From: a virus
Taxonomy: Duplodnaviria > Caudoviricetes
IMG/VR virus record: IMGVR_UViG_2974671799_000001
Coordinates: 96,001 to 160,000 of that record
Length of the DNA stretch: 64,000 nt
Strand: one strand, 5' to 3'
Position 1 is the stretch's first letter; the number at the start of each line of letters is the position of its first letter. The notes beneath the pieces are model-generated. The model saw only the letters and a list, made by a program, of their open reading frames with translations. It did not search any database and had not been told where the DNA came from. This document shows, in pieces, positions 1 to 13,700 of this stretch. Position numbers and translations under genes: made by a program.

Positions 1-2198
1 GCACCTTGCTTTGGTGAAGCTAAACTAAATGTCTGTGTATAAGGTAAAGATGTATTACCACCTCTAAATATATACTCTGCATTGAACTTACCATCAACTG
101 TTTGTTTAAAATATGGGTCTGTAGAATTTCTAAATTCATTTATTGAAGGAGCGTTTATTATTGTAGCACCAACATTTCTATTTTTAATAACTTGTGTAAA
201 TTCGCTCTTTAAGTTATTTTCAATATAAGATTTGAAACCATCTACTAAATATCTGAAATCGATACGCTCTCTATCAGCTAAAGCATCACCTAATTCACTT
301 ACCAACACATTTAAAACCTCTCTTTGTCTAGAAGCTGTGTTATTAACAAATTGCTCTCTACGTTGTTTATAAGCTCTCATTTTAAAAGGCTTATAAGCAG
401 AAACCATTTCTTCTAATTCTAATTGTGAGATAACTTGACTAGTAGAACTATAAAAAATCTGTAATGTTTCAGAATTGTTTAGTTCAATTGTTAATTCAGG
501 TCTTTCAGCAACATTTGTCTCACTAACATTAACACCCATATATAACGGTTTATCAAAACTCACTAAATAAACATTTTTATCAGTACCGTGAGAAGCTTTT
601 AAAGCATCGATTTGTGCTTGTGTTAATGTTGGTCTTGCTATTACAGAACCACCATCAGATAAAGGAGCATCTAAAGGCGCACCACTTGAATCAAATTCAA
701 CTAATTGACCCGCTTGCGCGTGACCAACTGGGTAAATAAATTCACCTTGTGCATCTTGTGGGAAAATAGTTCCATCAGCTTGTAAAGGCATTAAGTTTGT
801 ATGAACACCAACTAAAATTTTAGTTGTACCTTTATATTCTAAGGATGTTACTGATGATAAGTTAGAATCTTTACCAACATATTTATCACCAATCCTAATA
901 GGCATTAAGTCAACCATATACATCTTTGATGTTTCAGCTAAACTATAATCAAAGTTTGAACCATTTGGTGTTACATTACCAACTAACCAAGGATTCACAA
1001 TATTAATAGCTGTGATATCAATATCTCTACTTAAATCTTCTAACTTGATATCATTATAATCAACTGTCTTATGTTTAGTTGTCTTAACATAAGACGCTGT
1101 TTCTATTACTTGATTATCATAGTTTGATACATCAATTGAACCATCAACCTCAGTATTCCATAAGTTATGACCGTTAAAGTCTATTGGTAATACTTGTTTA
1201 CCACCATTTGATGCATAAACAATGTTATCATCAACATCAACAGTTGGAGTCCAACGACTTGCATTATCTAATACAGTTTTGTTTATACCTGCCATTAAAC
1301 CTACAGTTGTGAAATCTAAATTGATTTGATTAACAACAGAAATATTATTTCCTGCACTATCAGTTAAATCAGGAATTAAAGAACCAGTATAAACACCAAC
1401 AAATCCACTTTCAGAAATTTGAGATAATTGTGTTAAACCATCTGTCGCCTCACTTAAAGTTCCAGTTGTTGAACGAACAATACCTTCATCAGTAAATAAG
1501 TAACCATACTGAGAATTTGCTTTATTATCATCCATGTTAGTTAAATCCTTATCGAAAACAAAAATATCAACGAAAGTATCATTTATTTTATCTTTTGGAT
1601 ATAAGTAACTAGGAACAGTTTTATTTAATGTATTCGCGTAATAAGATTCAATAGTTACATCATCAATACCACTATCAAATGATTTTCTAATGAAAATAGA
1701 TTTACGACTTGAACCAACGTTAGCGATAGAGAAAAAAGCATCTAATTCAGTATTATCAACAACAGCATCAATATCAACCTTCCAAAAACGTTCCGTATTG
1801 AAAAGACTTCTAAATGGTACTGTGGTTTCACCTAAATTGTTTTTATCAGAAGATAATGCTAATTGCAATTTACCCGATAAATCTTGCTCATCATCAAATG
1901 AACGTAAGTTAATACAAGCGATTGGTACACCAGTATTCAACATTTCGAATGCCGAACGATGGAAGTAAGAACCATCACGCTCTAATGTTCTGTCAATATC
2001 ACCATAATAAGACTTAAAATTAGTCCATGTATCATGATATGTTAATGTGTTAACAGCACCTACACGAGATTGACCAACTAGGATTCTAAGACCACTAGAA
2101 GATACTAACTCAGGTACTAAACTTCTGTCATAGTACAAAAAGTAAGTTCCCGCAGGCTTGTTGTTTACTATGTTTGCTAAATCTAAATTTAATGCCAT
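1..2198 (-). CDS. gp18: Tail sheath protein (T4 gp18-like), 3' end runs off the window
   Basis: Missing from the ORF track because it is truncated. ATG at 2198 reads MALNLDLANIVNNKPAGTYFLYYDRS...LVGQSRVGAVNTL...FKSYYGDIDRTLER, a sheath-type N-terminus. Near the window edge it reads DRERIDFRYLVDGF, resembling the sheath core. ATATATAAA late-type box upstream. Confidence 0.75.
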   Translation of the reverse strand, partial: MALNLDLANIVNNKPAGTYFLYYDRSLVPELVSSSGLRILVGQSRVGAVNTLTYHDTWTNFKSYYGDIDRTLERDGSYFHRSAFEMLNTGVPIACINLRSFDDEQDLSGKLQLALSSDKNNLGETTVPFRSLFNTERFWKVDIDAVVDNTELDAFFSIANVGSSRKSIFIRKSFDSGIDDVTIESYYANTLNKTVPSYLYPKDKINDTFVDIFVFDKDLTNMDDNKANSQYGYLFTDEGIVRSTTGTLSEATDGLTQLSQISESGFVGVYTGSLIPDLTDSAGNNISVVNQINLDFTTVGLMAGINKTVLDNASRWTPTVDVDDNIVYASNGGKQVLPIDFNGHNLWNTEVDGSIDVSNYDNQVIETASYVKTTKHKTVDYNDIKLEDLSRDIDITAINIVNPWLVGNVTPNGSNFDYSLAETSKMYMVDLMPIRIGDKYVGKDSNLSSVTSLEYKGTTKILVGVHTNLMPLQADGTIFPQDAQGEFIYPVGHAQAGQLVEFDSSGAPLDAPLSDGGSVIARPTLTQAQIDALKASHGTDKNVYLVSFDKPLYMGVNVSETNVAERPELTIELNNSETLQIFYSSTSQVISQLELEEMVSAYKPFKMRAYKQRREQFVNNTASRQREVLNVLVSELGDALADRERIDFRYLVDGFKSYIENNLKSEFTQVIKNRNVGATIINAPSINEFRNSTDPYFKQTVDGKFNAEYIFRGGNTSLPYTQTFSLASPKQG

Positions 2199-2285
2199 TT
2201 TAATAATTAATTTTAAACGTTAAAATTTTACTAACCAAAATATACTTTTGGTTTATTTTATATATACTTTTACATCAAAAAATGA

Positions 2286-4154
2286 CTAATTTTCAATCAT
2301 TTTTTGTGCATATTTACTATCATCTTTTAAATCAACCAAGTAGTTTATTTCATTGAAATTAAAACCATTAGAGGCTAAATAATCTTCTATCAACTCTCGC
2401 AAACTAGGTGGATTAACGGAAACCAACCAAGCTAAATGTAATAGAGGTGTTACCAAATCATCATGACCAACTTCGGCACAAAAATTACCCTTTTCATCTT
2501 TTTGAAAATTGGTTATTTGTCTAATAGTTTTAGAATCATAAATCCTAAATAGCCCCTTTTCCATTGATTTTTTGAACGCTTTTACACTCAAAGGTTTAAT
2601 TGCTCTGTTTGTTAAAAGTCCTACAGTCATTCTATTACTATCAGCACTACGTCTGAATTTAAAGAATGTTTCGGGGTATAATTCCCTATCAAAATTCTCA
2701 TCACCAATATTTAGGATTGTAAGTCTATGATAATCCCCATATTTATTTGCTTCGAATAAATATCTTGTTTGTTCTTGGTTTAAAATCTTTGTATGTAAAT
2801 CACACATAAATTCAGAAAAATCATCTAAACTAGTTGTATTGGATTCAAAAACCATATCTTGAACAAAATAAATATATGGTTTTCCATCAATCATTTTGTG
2901 AGTTATTCTCATAGTATGGTTTGTTGTATAATCAGAATCACCACCCAATCCCTCAGCCAAATCAGCAATATTGATATAGTAGTTTTTATTTTCCTTGTGT
3001 TCAATTTTCTTTGCAATGAATGGTGAAATACGAAGCGCATTTATACCATCACAAACATAATCATTAAGGAAATCATGTTGAAATCTATGTCTCCAATCAA
3101 CAAAATCTCTACTTATTTTATCAAGCTTTCTCATTGTTGATGGGTTCAACAATTTATCCATTGTTGCATCAAATGATAATTCGAATTGTACTTTGAACTT
3201 TTCTAGCCCAATTTCCGAAATCATTCTCTTTGCCCATTCTTTATCTCTTTTAGGAATTTGCCACCAATAAACTTTTGAAGGTTTAAATGTTGTAAGACCT
3301 TTTTCAGCTTTATTATAAAGCTCGAAAAATAAATCCTTACCATTAGGTGTTGATGTAATTATAAGTATGGAGTTATCTACTGCGGCGAGTGTCGGTTGTG
3401 CTTGTGATAAAAACTCTTCCTGTTTCTGTCTATCACCATCGAAACAAAACGCAAATTCATCAATATAAAGAATATAAACAGATAAACCATTCAATGCGTC
3501 TTTTGTACATGGTCTAGCTATAATAACACACTTATTATCAAATGATATAACCTTCTCATTCCAACCAACTATTCCCGCTTTCATATAAAACGGTAACAAT
3601 TCGTAAATTTCTTTTATCTTTGTTAAAACTTCCTTTGAAGTATCAAGTTTATTACCTAATATTGCAGTAAGTTTATTGTTCTGAAAAGTCATTTCCCAAA
3701 GTATATAAATACATGAGGAAGTGGTCTTTGCCGCCTGTCTAGACCATAACATTATATGTCTTCTACTAGGCTCTTCCAAAAATGCCCTTAATTGAGCATC
3801 CTGATAATCTCTTAATTTTATATGTCCTACACCACTACCATTTTTTAATTTACATTGTTCTTCAGCAAAATGATGTAAATTATTCATACAAATAAAATAC
3901 TCTTCTACTTCTTCTTTGGTAGGCTTAAATACTACATCAGCTTTTTTACGATTTATGTTCCAATCAAAAAATGGAGAATGTGTTTTACGACCGTTTTTTA
4001 TATTATCTGTCGCTATATCAACAGTTTCTGTAGTCCAAACCATATCAATAGGCGAATCAGCACCTTTCTGAATAATGGTTGGGTCGAACTTAGCGGGTTG
4101 TTGTGGCTTAGACTTCTTTTTAGACACTTTTTTATGTGCTTGAACTCTTTGCAT
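2286..4154 (-). CDS. gp17: Terminase large subunit (T4 gp17-like)
   Basis: Adenine-binding LRDYQ, Walker A-like SRQAAKTT, Walker B ILYIDEFAF, motif III ITSTPNG, nuclease ADLAEGLGGDSD and C-terminal GHDDLV. Confidence 0.95.
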   Translation of the reverse strand: MQRVQAHKKVSKKKSKPQQPAKFDPTIIQKGADSPIDMVWTTETVDIATDNIKNGRKTHSPFFDWNINRKKADVVFKPTKEEVEEYFICMNNLHHFAEEQCKLKNGSGVGHIKLRDYQDAQLRAFLEEPSRRHIMLWSRQAAKTTSSCIYILWEMTFQNNKLTAILGNKLDTSKEVLTKIKEIYELLPFYMKAGIVGWNEKVISFDNKCVIIARPCTKDALNGLSVYILYIDEFAFCFDGDRQKQEEFLSQAQPTLAAVDNSILIITSTPNGKDLFFELYNKAEKGLTTFKPSKVYWWQIPKRDKEWAKRMISEIGLEKFKVQFELSFDATMDKLLNPSTMRKLDKISRDFVDWRHRFQHDFLNDYVCDGINALRISPFIAKKIEHKENKNYYINIADLAEGLGGDSDYTTNHTMRITHKMIDGKPYIYFVQDMVFESNTTSLDDFSEFMCDLHTKILNQEQTRYLFEANKYGDYHRLTILNIGDENFDRELYPETFFKFRRSADSNRMTVGLLTNRAIKPLSVKAFKKSMEKGLFRIYDSKTIRQITNFQKDEKGNFCAEVGHDDLVTPLLHLAWLVSVNPPSLRELIEDYLASNGFNFNEINYLVDLKDDSKYAQKMIEN

Positions 4155-4168
4155 ATCATTTAATTTAA

Positions 4169-4224
4169 AAATACCTTAAAACGCATTTAAATAAGTTTTT
4201 AAGGTGCGGTTTAAGGTATTTATA
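4169..4224 (-). promoter_or_regulatory. TATAAATA late-type promoter box overlapping a hairpin/terminator upstream of terminase
   Basis: Minus-strand TATAAATA at 4217-4224; inverted arms 4169-4190 and 4199-4221 with a 12-bp perfect outer stem and T-run on the minus strand. Confidence 0.55.
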
Positions 4225-4227
4225 GTT

Positions 4228-4719
4228 TTATTCTTGAATTTCAGAGTTTATGCGGTCTAAATACTCGTTTTCAAACTCCCAATCATCATTTCCAGTATTG
4301 AAAACTGTTGAAGCCTTTGTGAGAACAAGTAAAGCCATATCTTGAAGTTTCTTTTCAAATTCCCATAAATCATCATCTGTAAAAGGAACAGTTAACTTAA
4401 TAGCTTGATATGATAAGTTATACTCTTCTTTACCAATAGATTTAATCTGAACTCTATCTTTTTGGTCAATAACCTCGACAAAGTTTATATATTTAACCTC
4501 TTGTGTAATAATTTCATTACCAAACCCATCTATTTCGACTTTATCGACAAAAATAGGTTTGTTTTCGTTTAATCTAACACGTTCAGTTAATATGTGATAG
4601 TACTTTTTGTTATTTCTTGTGTGAACATTTGTTATTGTTCGTCTCAATCTACATGGATTTCCGTCAAAATCAACATCCACGTTTTTATTCGTTATAATTC
4701 TAGAAGGAATAAATGACAT
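4228..4719 (-). CDS. Hypothetical protein
   Basis: 163-aa ORF co-oriented in the structural cluster; no recognisable motif. Confidence 0.7.
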   Translation of the reverse strand: MSFIPSRIITNKNVDVDFDGNPCRLRRTITNVHTRNNKKYYHILTERVRLNENKPIFVDKVEIDGFGNEIITQEVKYINFVEVIDQKDRVQIKSIGKEEYNLSYQAIKLTVPFTDDDLWEFEKKLQDMALLVLTKASTVFNTGNDDWEFENEYLDRINSEIQE

Positions 4720-4733
4720 ATTTTTGTGTTTTT

Positions 4734-4760
4734 AAAAGCGGGGCTTTGAAACCCCGCTTG
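4734..4760 (-). terminator. Rho-independent terminator after the giant fibre gene
   Basis: Stem AAGCGGGG/CCCCGCTT with T-run on the minus strand. Confidence 0.75.
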
Positions 4761-4771
4761 GTTTATATTAT

Positions 4772-7700
4772 TTATAGTATGTTTGTAAATCTTGTATCAT
4801 TATTTACAATCTCTCTACCATCAGCATAATTTGCATTAACAGCGTTGTGCATTATCTTACCGTTATTTACTAAAGCTTTAACAGTATATGCATCAGCAGT
4901 AGCATCAGGTGAAGCCTGTAAAAGATAAGTTGCTGTATTAACCATTAAGAACTTATTAGTTCCCCTAAATTCAATTACAGGGTTTGTTCTAGTAATTGGA
5001 TAATTATTAACACTATCAGCATCAACGATAATTGCATTTGTCGCATTCGCACTTTCAAAATCAACATTCTCAATAATTAATCTTAATGGGTCATACAAAG
5101 TTCCTGAATAATCACGTTGACCAAATCTAGTTCTTGCAACTCTAGCATTAACACTATCATTTTTATAAACTAAATCTTTTAAGTGTACAAAAGACTTATC
5201 GAAATCACCAGTTGTTCCCCTAGTTTGGTCTTGACAATCAAACAAATAACGTGTATTGTTTGTAGATTCTATATAACCAGTAGCAGTAAAATGCAATCTA
5301 AAGAAACTGTTTGTATGTAATAAAATACCCGCGTTTATATGGTCTATAGTACCATGCATTTTAAAGTTAAAAATACCACTTTGTAAACCATTAAAAACTC
5401 TAAAATCGTGGAAATTAGTACCACCTTTTATATCACCCAATTCAATATTAAATGTACCACCATACTTTACAGAATAATCACCATTTGTCATTGCAATAGG
5501 GCTTAAACCACAGTTATTAAATAAAACAACATATCCACCAGTAACACCAGTTACGTCAACTTCACCGATATTGAAATTATAAGTTCCGATTTGACCCTCT
5601 CTAGGAGCGTGCTGAATCATGTATAAAGACGATGATGTTGTTTGTGTACAAATTAATTTCCCAATAGTTAAATTAATTTCATCAAAACCAAATCCTGACA
5701 TTATACCTTGACCGCCTAAATCTCTATTAATTTCATATTCTGCAACATTTACATTAACAATATTTATCTTGCTATCATCACCACTTGTTGCCATTGTGAT
5801 AGGATTATTATTACCCGCACCACCTGTAACATTTCTAACCTTCTTAGCTATAATATCTATACTATCATACATTTTTAAACTCTTAGGTGATAAAACCTCA
5901 ATAATACCATCATTTATTAATATTTTACTATCATAAAGATTTGTATTTGTTTCAATTCTTAATGTTACAGGACTACTAGATTGAATTGTTATACCTCTAT
6001 AGTTATAAGACTCATCATTATTAATTGTAAACGTGTTATTATTACCAACTAATATAATTTTGAAATCAGAATAATCATACTTAGTTGTATTCGTTCTAAT
6101 CTCATCTAAAACATCATTAATATCATTGAAGTATTTATTAATGTTACCAAAAGCAGGTGTATGTGTAATCGCGCCCGATTTTACGATAGCAAAATTACCA
6201 TCATTAGGAACATTTTCTAAATATTCAACAGTAACTAAATGTTTATCTTCTGTTATTTCCGAAACACTAGCATTAGACTTAAAAACACCATCAGAATAAA
6301 CTTCTGTAACAATATTATCACCTAAAACAACTTGATTTGATTTAGTTGGTTGTGCATTATGACCGATTGCCGTTGAATTTTGGAACGAATATAATAAACT
6401 AAATGTATGTGTACCCGAACCTATACTATTAATCGTATTATCAACAAACTCAAATGTATTTGCATCAATAATCTCAATTCTTATTGGAACAGATGGTGAT
6501 AAACCACTTATAGAAGTACCACCACTACTAACAGAATATTGAATCAAAGTAACAGAGCCATTAGCACCGAAACCATGTGAATTTATAGTTATTCTATCAT
6601 TAGCAATATCAATATCTGTATTATTATCAGCAATACTTTTATCATTATATGTTATGATATCATTAAATGCATCTTGACCAAGTGCTGTATTAGAATCACC
6701 TACGGCATATTTTAATGAATTTCTACCTATAGCAGTATTGTTATTACCTGTTGACCTTTCACCTGCATTAGAACCTATTGCAATACCATATTCGTTTGAT
6801 GAGTAAGCACCTGAACTATAACCAATACTTATAGATTGTTGACCCTTATTAGAGTAACCCGCATTATTACCAATACCAATCAAATAATTCGCATCAGCAC
6901 TAAATATTGAAGCTGAACCGATACCAATACCTGCATAAGAGTTAGCATCACGACCAGCATGATAACCAACTAATGTTGCACTTTGACCTGTGTTATTTCT
7001 ACCTGCTTGATATCCGATACCAATAGTATATGCAACAGTATTATAATATATTGATTGGAAACCAATACCTATAGAACCTGTACCTGTATTATTCCCACCT
7101 GATTGATAACCAATACCTATAGCATTTTGACCCGAATTGGAAAATAGTGATTGATGTCCTATACCAATAGAGTTACTACCTGTATTACTTTGAGCTGATG
7201 AACCACCAATCGCAACAACATTATCAGCAGAATTTGCATAAAGTGCTGAACTACCAATACCTATAGAATTGTGACCAGTATTATTAACACCTGATGAACC
7301 ACCAATTGCAACAGCATAATTACCTGTGTTATTTTGTAACGCATAATCACCAATACCAGTACCACCTAAACCTTTACTTCCACTCAATGCTTCAAGTCCT
7401 AAACCAACTCCCGAAGTACTACCCCAAGAAGAACCATTCCAGTATTCTGATTGGAAACGCAACCTAATTTCATTATTTTTAACTCTTAAAGGTGCGTAGT
7501 GTCTAGCAAAATTCGTTCTTTCAGTAATATTATTTGATAATAAATATCTATCACCTAAATTAACATCATTTATAGCACCAGTATAAGGTACTGCATCATT
7601 AGATGTGACAAATCCTTGGTCATTCTCAAAACTAGATAATGAATCAATTTGTTTCCAAGTTAAAACCTCAACTTCATCACCATTATCTAACTTATATTTA

Positions 7701-10700
7701 ACTAAACTATCATCAGAAGTGTTTTCTACTTTGATTGTTTGTAACGTCATTGGTTCACTTGTGTAACCAACAAAGTTAGTTGTAGTAGTATTTGATGTTA
7801 TTAAACTTCCACTACTTGAAACAGTATGTAAACTTTCGAATAATGTATAATTATAAGTAGAACCATAACCAGTATTAGGTATAACTAAACTATTGCTGTC
7901 AATTTTCCAAGTTCTCCAATCAGGTAATGTAACACCTACATTAGTTTCAAAGAACTCATATAATCTCTTAAACCAAACTTTAGGGTCTTCGGTATTTGAA
8001 TAAATTTCACCTGTTTCTGTACCGTATGTAAAATCTGTTGCGCTAGAACCACCATGTAAGAAATAATCTGTACCATTATAAACAAATCCAGTAACTGCAT
8101 AATTTGATGATTTATTCATGTTAGTTGTAATAACATTAGTATCACCCATATCATAATGAACACCTGTAGATTCACCTATTAAAGCATTAGTATCTTTAAC
8201 ACTAGTTGATGGTAACATATCATTTTCAGATAATGTAGCTGAATTTGTAATGTTACCAAACCTTTTGGTGGTAAATGTTATATTTTCATATAAATCATCT
8301 ATATATGATGTTACATTTGTTGAAAAACTTGAAGGTGTGAAAGTTAATCTTTCGACAACAACTTGTGAATATGCATCTAGTGCGTCTGTTGTTGTGTTTA
8401 TATTTATACACAAATATGTTAAACCATTCCATGTTGATAATGTACCATTAAATTGACCTATTTCAAGTATGTAATTTGTATTACTACTTGTTAATAAAAT
8501 AGCATTAGCATCACTTACTGTAACAGATGGTGTACTTTCATTCATCGAAACAGCGAACTTAGTACTGAATTTAACAGGGTGATTTCCAGTTTGGTTACTA
8601 AATACACTAAAATCAACCTCAAATTTTCCACCAGTTGTTAATGTTAATGGAATTAAAATCATAGGCGAATTGTTCGAGGCAACTGACGTATCTTGAAAAA
8701 CACTATTTTTTGGAATCATACTAAATTTATTAGTTAATGGCTTCCAAATATTTTTACCACCGTTTGCTAAAACAAATTCTCTCGTTGCTAAATGTTTATC
8801 ATCAGTTATTTCAGCTATCTCAACATTAGATTTGAATAATCCCTCAGAATAAACCTCTTCTGTAAAATCACCACCCAAAACAACTTGATTTGACTTTGTT
8901 GGTTTCGAACGGAAACCAAGTGCAACAGAATTAGTTATTTTTAATTGAGGTATCAATGTTAAATCACCAGTACCTGCATCGTTCATAACATGATTTTTAA
9001 ACTCTAAAGTATTAGCATCTATGATTTCCATTGGGAAAACTGTAGTTGAGTTTAAACCACTTGGGAATGTTCCCGCAGTAGTAAACTTAACCAAAATTGT
9101 TTTACCTGTAGAACCTAAACCATGTGATGTAACTGTTAACCTTTCATTTGCATGGTCGATATTAGCATTCGAAATAACTTTATGGTTTGTTGTATCTTCG
9201 GTAAATTCATACCAAGCCTCGTGACCGATAAATGTATTACTTGAACCCTCAACATATCGTCCACTTCTATAACCTATACCAATATTATTATCACCGACAT
9301 TCTTTTCCAAAGATTGTTCACCCATACCTATCGTATTATCACCCAAGTTAGTAGCACCTGCGGTATAACCGATAAATATAGCTCTATCACCTGTATTATT
9401 TTGACCTGTATATGAACCTATACCAACAAATCTAAGACCTGTATTATTTTGTCCTGAATAATCACCTATAAATGTTGAGTTAGAACCACTATTACTAAAA
9501 CCTGCACTTTCACCAATACCTATAGAATTACTTGCGGTGTTATCATGTAAAGCCCTAGAACCTAAAGCGATTACAAAATTAGAGTTATTATTCATACCTG
9601 CTCTATAACCGAATCCTAAAACAGTAGTACCAGTATTTCCTTTTAATGCATCATGTCCTATACCGTTTACATAATTTCCAGTATTAGATTGCCCTGATTG
9701 ATATCCAACAAATACGCTACTTGTACCCGTGTTATTTGCACCCGCAGAACCACCGATAGCAACTAAATAACCACCAGTATTATTAGTACCTGCATTAACA
9801 CCCATACCAGTAGCTCTTAAACCAGTATTATTTCTTAATACATTATGTCCGAATCCTGAAACTTCTATACCTGAATTACTTTCTAAAGCCCAGTTACCAA
9901 AACCTGCAACATTAGAACCTGTATTATTCTTTAGTGCTTGATACCCATATGCATTTGAATCACCACCTGTGTTATTCATTGCAGATTCTATACCGTAAGC
10001 ACTAACCCTAGCACCTTTATTATTTAAAAGTGTATTCTGTCCTATACCATACGCCAACGCATTAACCCAAGATGAACCACCCCAGTATTTGTTTTGTACT
10101 CTAAAAGGAACTACATCATTAACCGTGAAAGGTTCGAAATGTATTGCTGTATCATTTATAAAGTTTGAATTATTTGAATTTAGAATATTTTCACCTAAAT
10201 CTAAATTTTGATTTGAACCATGTGATTTGTTGAATAAATCTGTTAATTGTAATTCATTCTCAACACTAACTTCTAAACCATCATCAAGCTTATATGTAAT
10301 ACTATTATCTTTTTTATTTAAAATTTTAGTTACTAAACCTCTTATTCTTTCTGTCTCGAATATGTTATTAGAACCATCAGTACCAATACTTTCAACCAAT
10401 GAATTTGCTGTATTTTTTGTTGATATCTTGGTTAATAATGACATATCAGCAGTAACACCAAAACCACTAGAAGGAATTTTTAATGTATTTCCGTCAACTT
10501 TCCAATATCTCCAATCAGGTAACTTTAAACCTGTTTTGGTTTCAAATACTTCATAGAACTTAGCAAACCAATATTCTGTATCATCTGTATTTGGATATAA
10601 TTCACCAACATGAGTATCATATCTAAATGTTGTTACTGTTCCACTTGGTAAAACGTGGGTTACACCATTATATTCAAAAGAAACTAAAGCATTACCTAAT

Positions 10701-13700
10701 GACTTATAAATATTAAAGTCTCTAGTATCAATATTTTCTAAACTTTGATAATATCCATCTGTTAAAATCTTTGTTTCAACAGTATCATTACTATTTGATT
10801 CTAAATACTCAATAGTAACTAAATGTTTAGGGTCTGATATTTCATTAACATCAGCTTCTGATTTAAAAACACCATATGAATATACTTCATCAACATTTGC
10901 ATCACCTAACATTACTTGATTAGATTTCGTTGCGTAAGAATTAGCACCTAAAGATGTTGTGTTTGTAAATTCTTTTAATGTTTCGAATTGATGTGTTGAA
11001 CCACTAGTACCTGCACTAGATAGTGTAAATGTTACTGGTCTTAAAGTATTAGCATCAATAACCTCAAATTGTGATATTGTACCACTAGATGAGTGAGGAA
11101 TACCAATATTATCAGAGCCAACAATTCTCTTATATCTCAAATAAACAATCCTAGATATAGAACCTAGACCGTGACCAGTTATTGTAATTAAATTATTACT
11201 TACATCAAAATCATTAGTGTTGTTTGTCGTAAATGTGTTTTCTGTAATAAAATCAGACATTGAACCATACCCAATTGCTGTATTTGTGTCTGAACCTTCA
11301 TTTAAGTATGTCAATGTATGAGAACCAATAGCAACATTATTATTAGATAAAGACCACCATGATGAGCTATGACCAATACCAATATTGTTTGAACCTGTAG
11401 CTCTGTTTAAAACACTATGACCGATACCAATACTCTGTGTTGCAGAACCACCATTATCAGACATTACATTATAACCTAAAGCAACATTGAAATTCCCTTG
11501 GTTACCATATAAAGACCTATAACCTAAACCAGTATTACTACTACCTGTATTACCTCTACCACTTTCATGACCTATGAAAGTAGAATTAACACCACTATTT
11601 GTATAACCTGCTCTATAACCAACCGCAACTAATCTACTACCTGAGTTACTAAATCCTGCCGAAGCACCATATGCTACTGTTTGAACACCTGAGTTAGAAG
11701 AACCTGCACTATGACCAACAAATGTACTTTGATTTCCAGTATTTGCATTACCCGCATTAGTACCTATTCCGATACTACTGTCACCATTATTGTTAGACAT
11801 TGCATAATTACCGATAGCAATAACAGAATCACCACTATTTGAGTGTGCTGAATTTTCACCAATCCCGATACCACTAGGCGCGCTAGTATTAATTAAAGCA
11901 TTATTACCCAATCCGATACCATTAGTTGTAGCCCAATCTGAACCATTCCAATATTCTCTTTGGAATCTCAAATAGTTTGGCGCACCATTATATAAGAATG
12001 GTACAAAATATTTAGATTTGGTAGAAACCTCTTCAATATAACCCAATTCAAGTTCTTGTGTTCCTAAATTAAGTTTTTGTGTTGCCCCAGTATATGGAAC
12101 ACCTTTATCTTCAAAATATTCTTTAGAAATCAAATGTTTATCTTCTGTTATTTCTGTAACATCAGCATTTGACTTGAATACACCTTGTGAATATACTTCA
12201 TTAATATTCTCATCACCCAACATTATTTGATTGGATTTTGTGAAATTAGAGTTTGCGCCTAAAGCTGTTGAATTTTCTATAACAAATTGAGCAGTTAATG
12301 TGTGAGTACCAGTATTATCACCTGTAGATGTTATACCATTAGCATTTAAAAACTCAATAGTATTTGCATCAATAATTTCAAATGTATTTGCTTCTGAATC
12401 ATTATTAAAATAAACAGTTAAACCACCGATAGCAGTTCCACCACCACTTAAATTATATTTTAAATTCACAATATCACCAACATTACCAAAACCATGTGAT
12501 GTAATTGTAATTCTATTCGTAGCAACATCAACATCTGTGGTTACATCATTTATTTGTTTTTCAGTTGATGCGTCTGTATTGAAATCACCAACCGAATTGT
12601 AACCAATAGCTGTGTTATTATTGAATGTGTTATATCTAAGTGTATTAGCACCTATACCTAAAGTATTAGCACCTTTATTATCTTTTAATGATTTGAAACC
12701 TATACCAATCGAATATTCACCAGTATTCCTATGCGCAGTCCAGTAACCAATACCAATACTATGTAAACCAGTATTTGAATAACCTGTTGTGTCACCTATA
12801 AAAACACCACCATTTGCAGTATTATCATGACCTGCTTGATACCCAAGTAATGTTGCACCAACCCCTGAGTTATTAACACCAGTTGCATACCCTGATATTA
12901 AAGATTGTGAACCTGTATTGTTTTGACCTGCCGCATAACCAATACCAACGACTCTATGACCCGTGTTATTAAATAAAACACCATTACCAATACCTACAGT
13001 ATCATCCCCTTGATTTTGACCACCCGCATTTATACCAATACCTAAAAATCTATAACCTTTATTGGCATTACCTGAACCACTACCAATTAAAAATGACTCA
13101 GAAGGATGCCAAGCACCAATCACAAACCTTTCTTTTTGTGTTTTAATTATATCAGTTCCATTAGAAAGTATAACTTTATTAAACCTAGCTGTGTTTAATA
13201 CTTCAACTTCTTTACCCGCATCCAAATAGTTATCACCTAATACAACATTATCTTTAGCACCTGTATATGGTACAGCATCACCTTCTTGTAAATACTCAAT
13301 ATCTTGCTCTAAGTGTGATAATTTAGTTATCAAACTCCACTCTGTAGGAGTTGGCTCTATTTTATAATCACCTTTAAAGAACTCCCTTGTAATTGTACCA
13401 TTATTATCCTCAACTTTCATCAAGGCTATTAAATTAGTTTCAATAGATTCGTATGTTGATACATTATCATCTTGGAATGACGGAATTGATTGTTGAACAC
13501 CATCATATATATTCACACTACCCATTAATGAAAAATCAACAGTAGAACCGTAACCACCTTTAGGCATTATAATTATAGTATTATTAGATTGGTCGTTAGA
13601 CCATGTTTCCCAATGAGGTAGTCTAACACCTGTTTTTAATAAGAAAATGTCATAGAATCCCTTAAATATGTCTTTTGCATCAATGCTTGTACCGTATTGA

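Noticed and set aside
1690-1968. Plus-strand 92-aa ORF and the many other short antisense or nested ORFs in the track (e.g. 8250, 10227, 14776, 20375, 45560, 48731, 60434)
   Set aside because: They are shadows of long, motif-bearing genes on the opposite strand or frame, with no promoters or recognisable motifs
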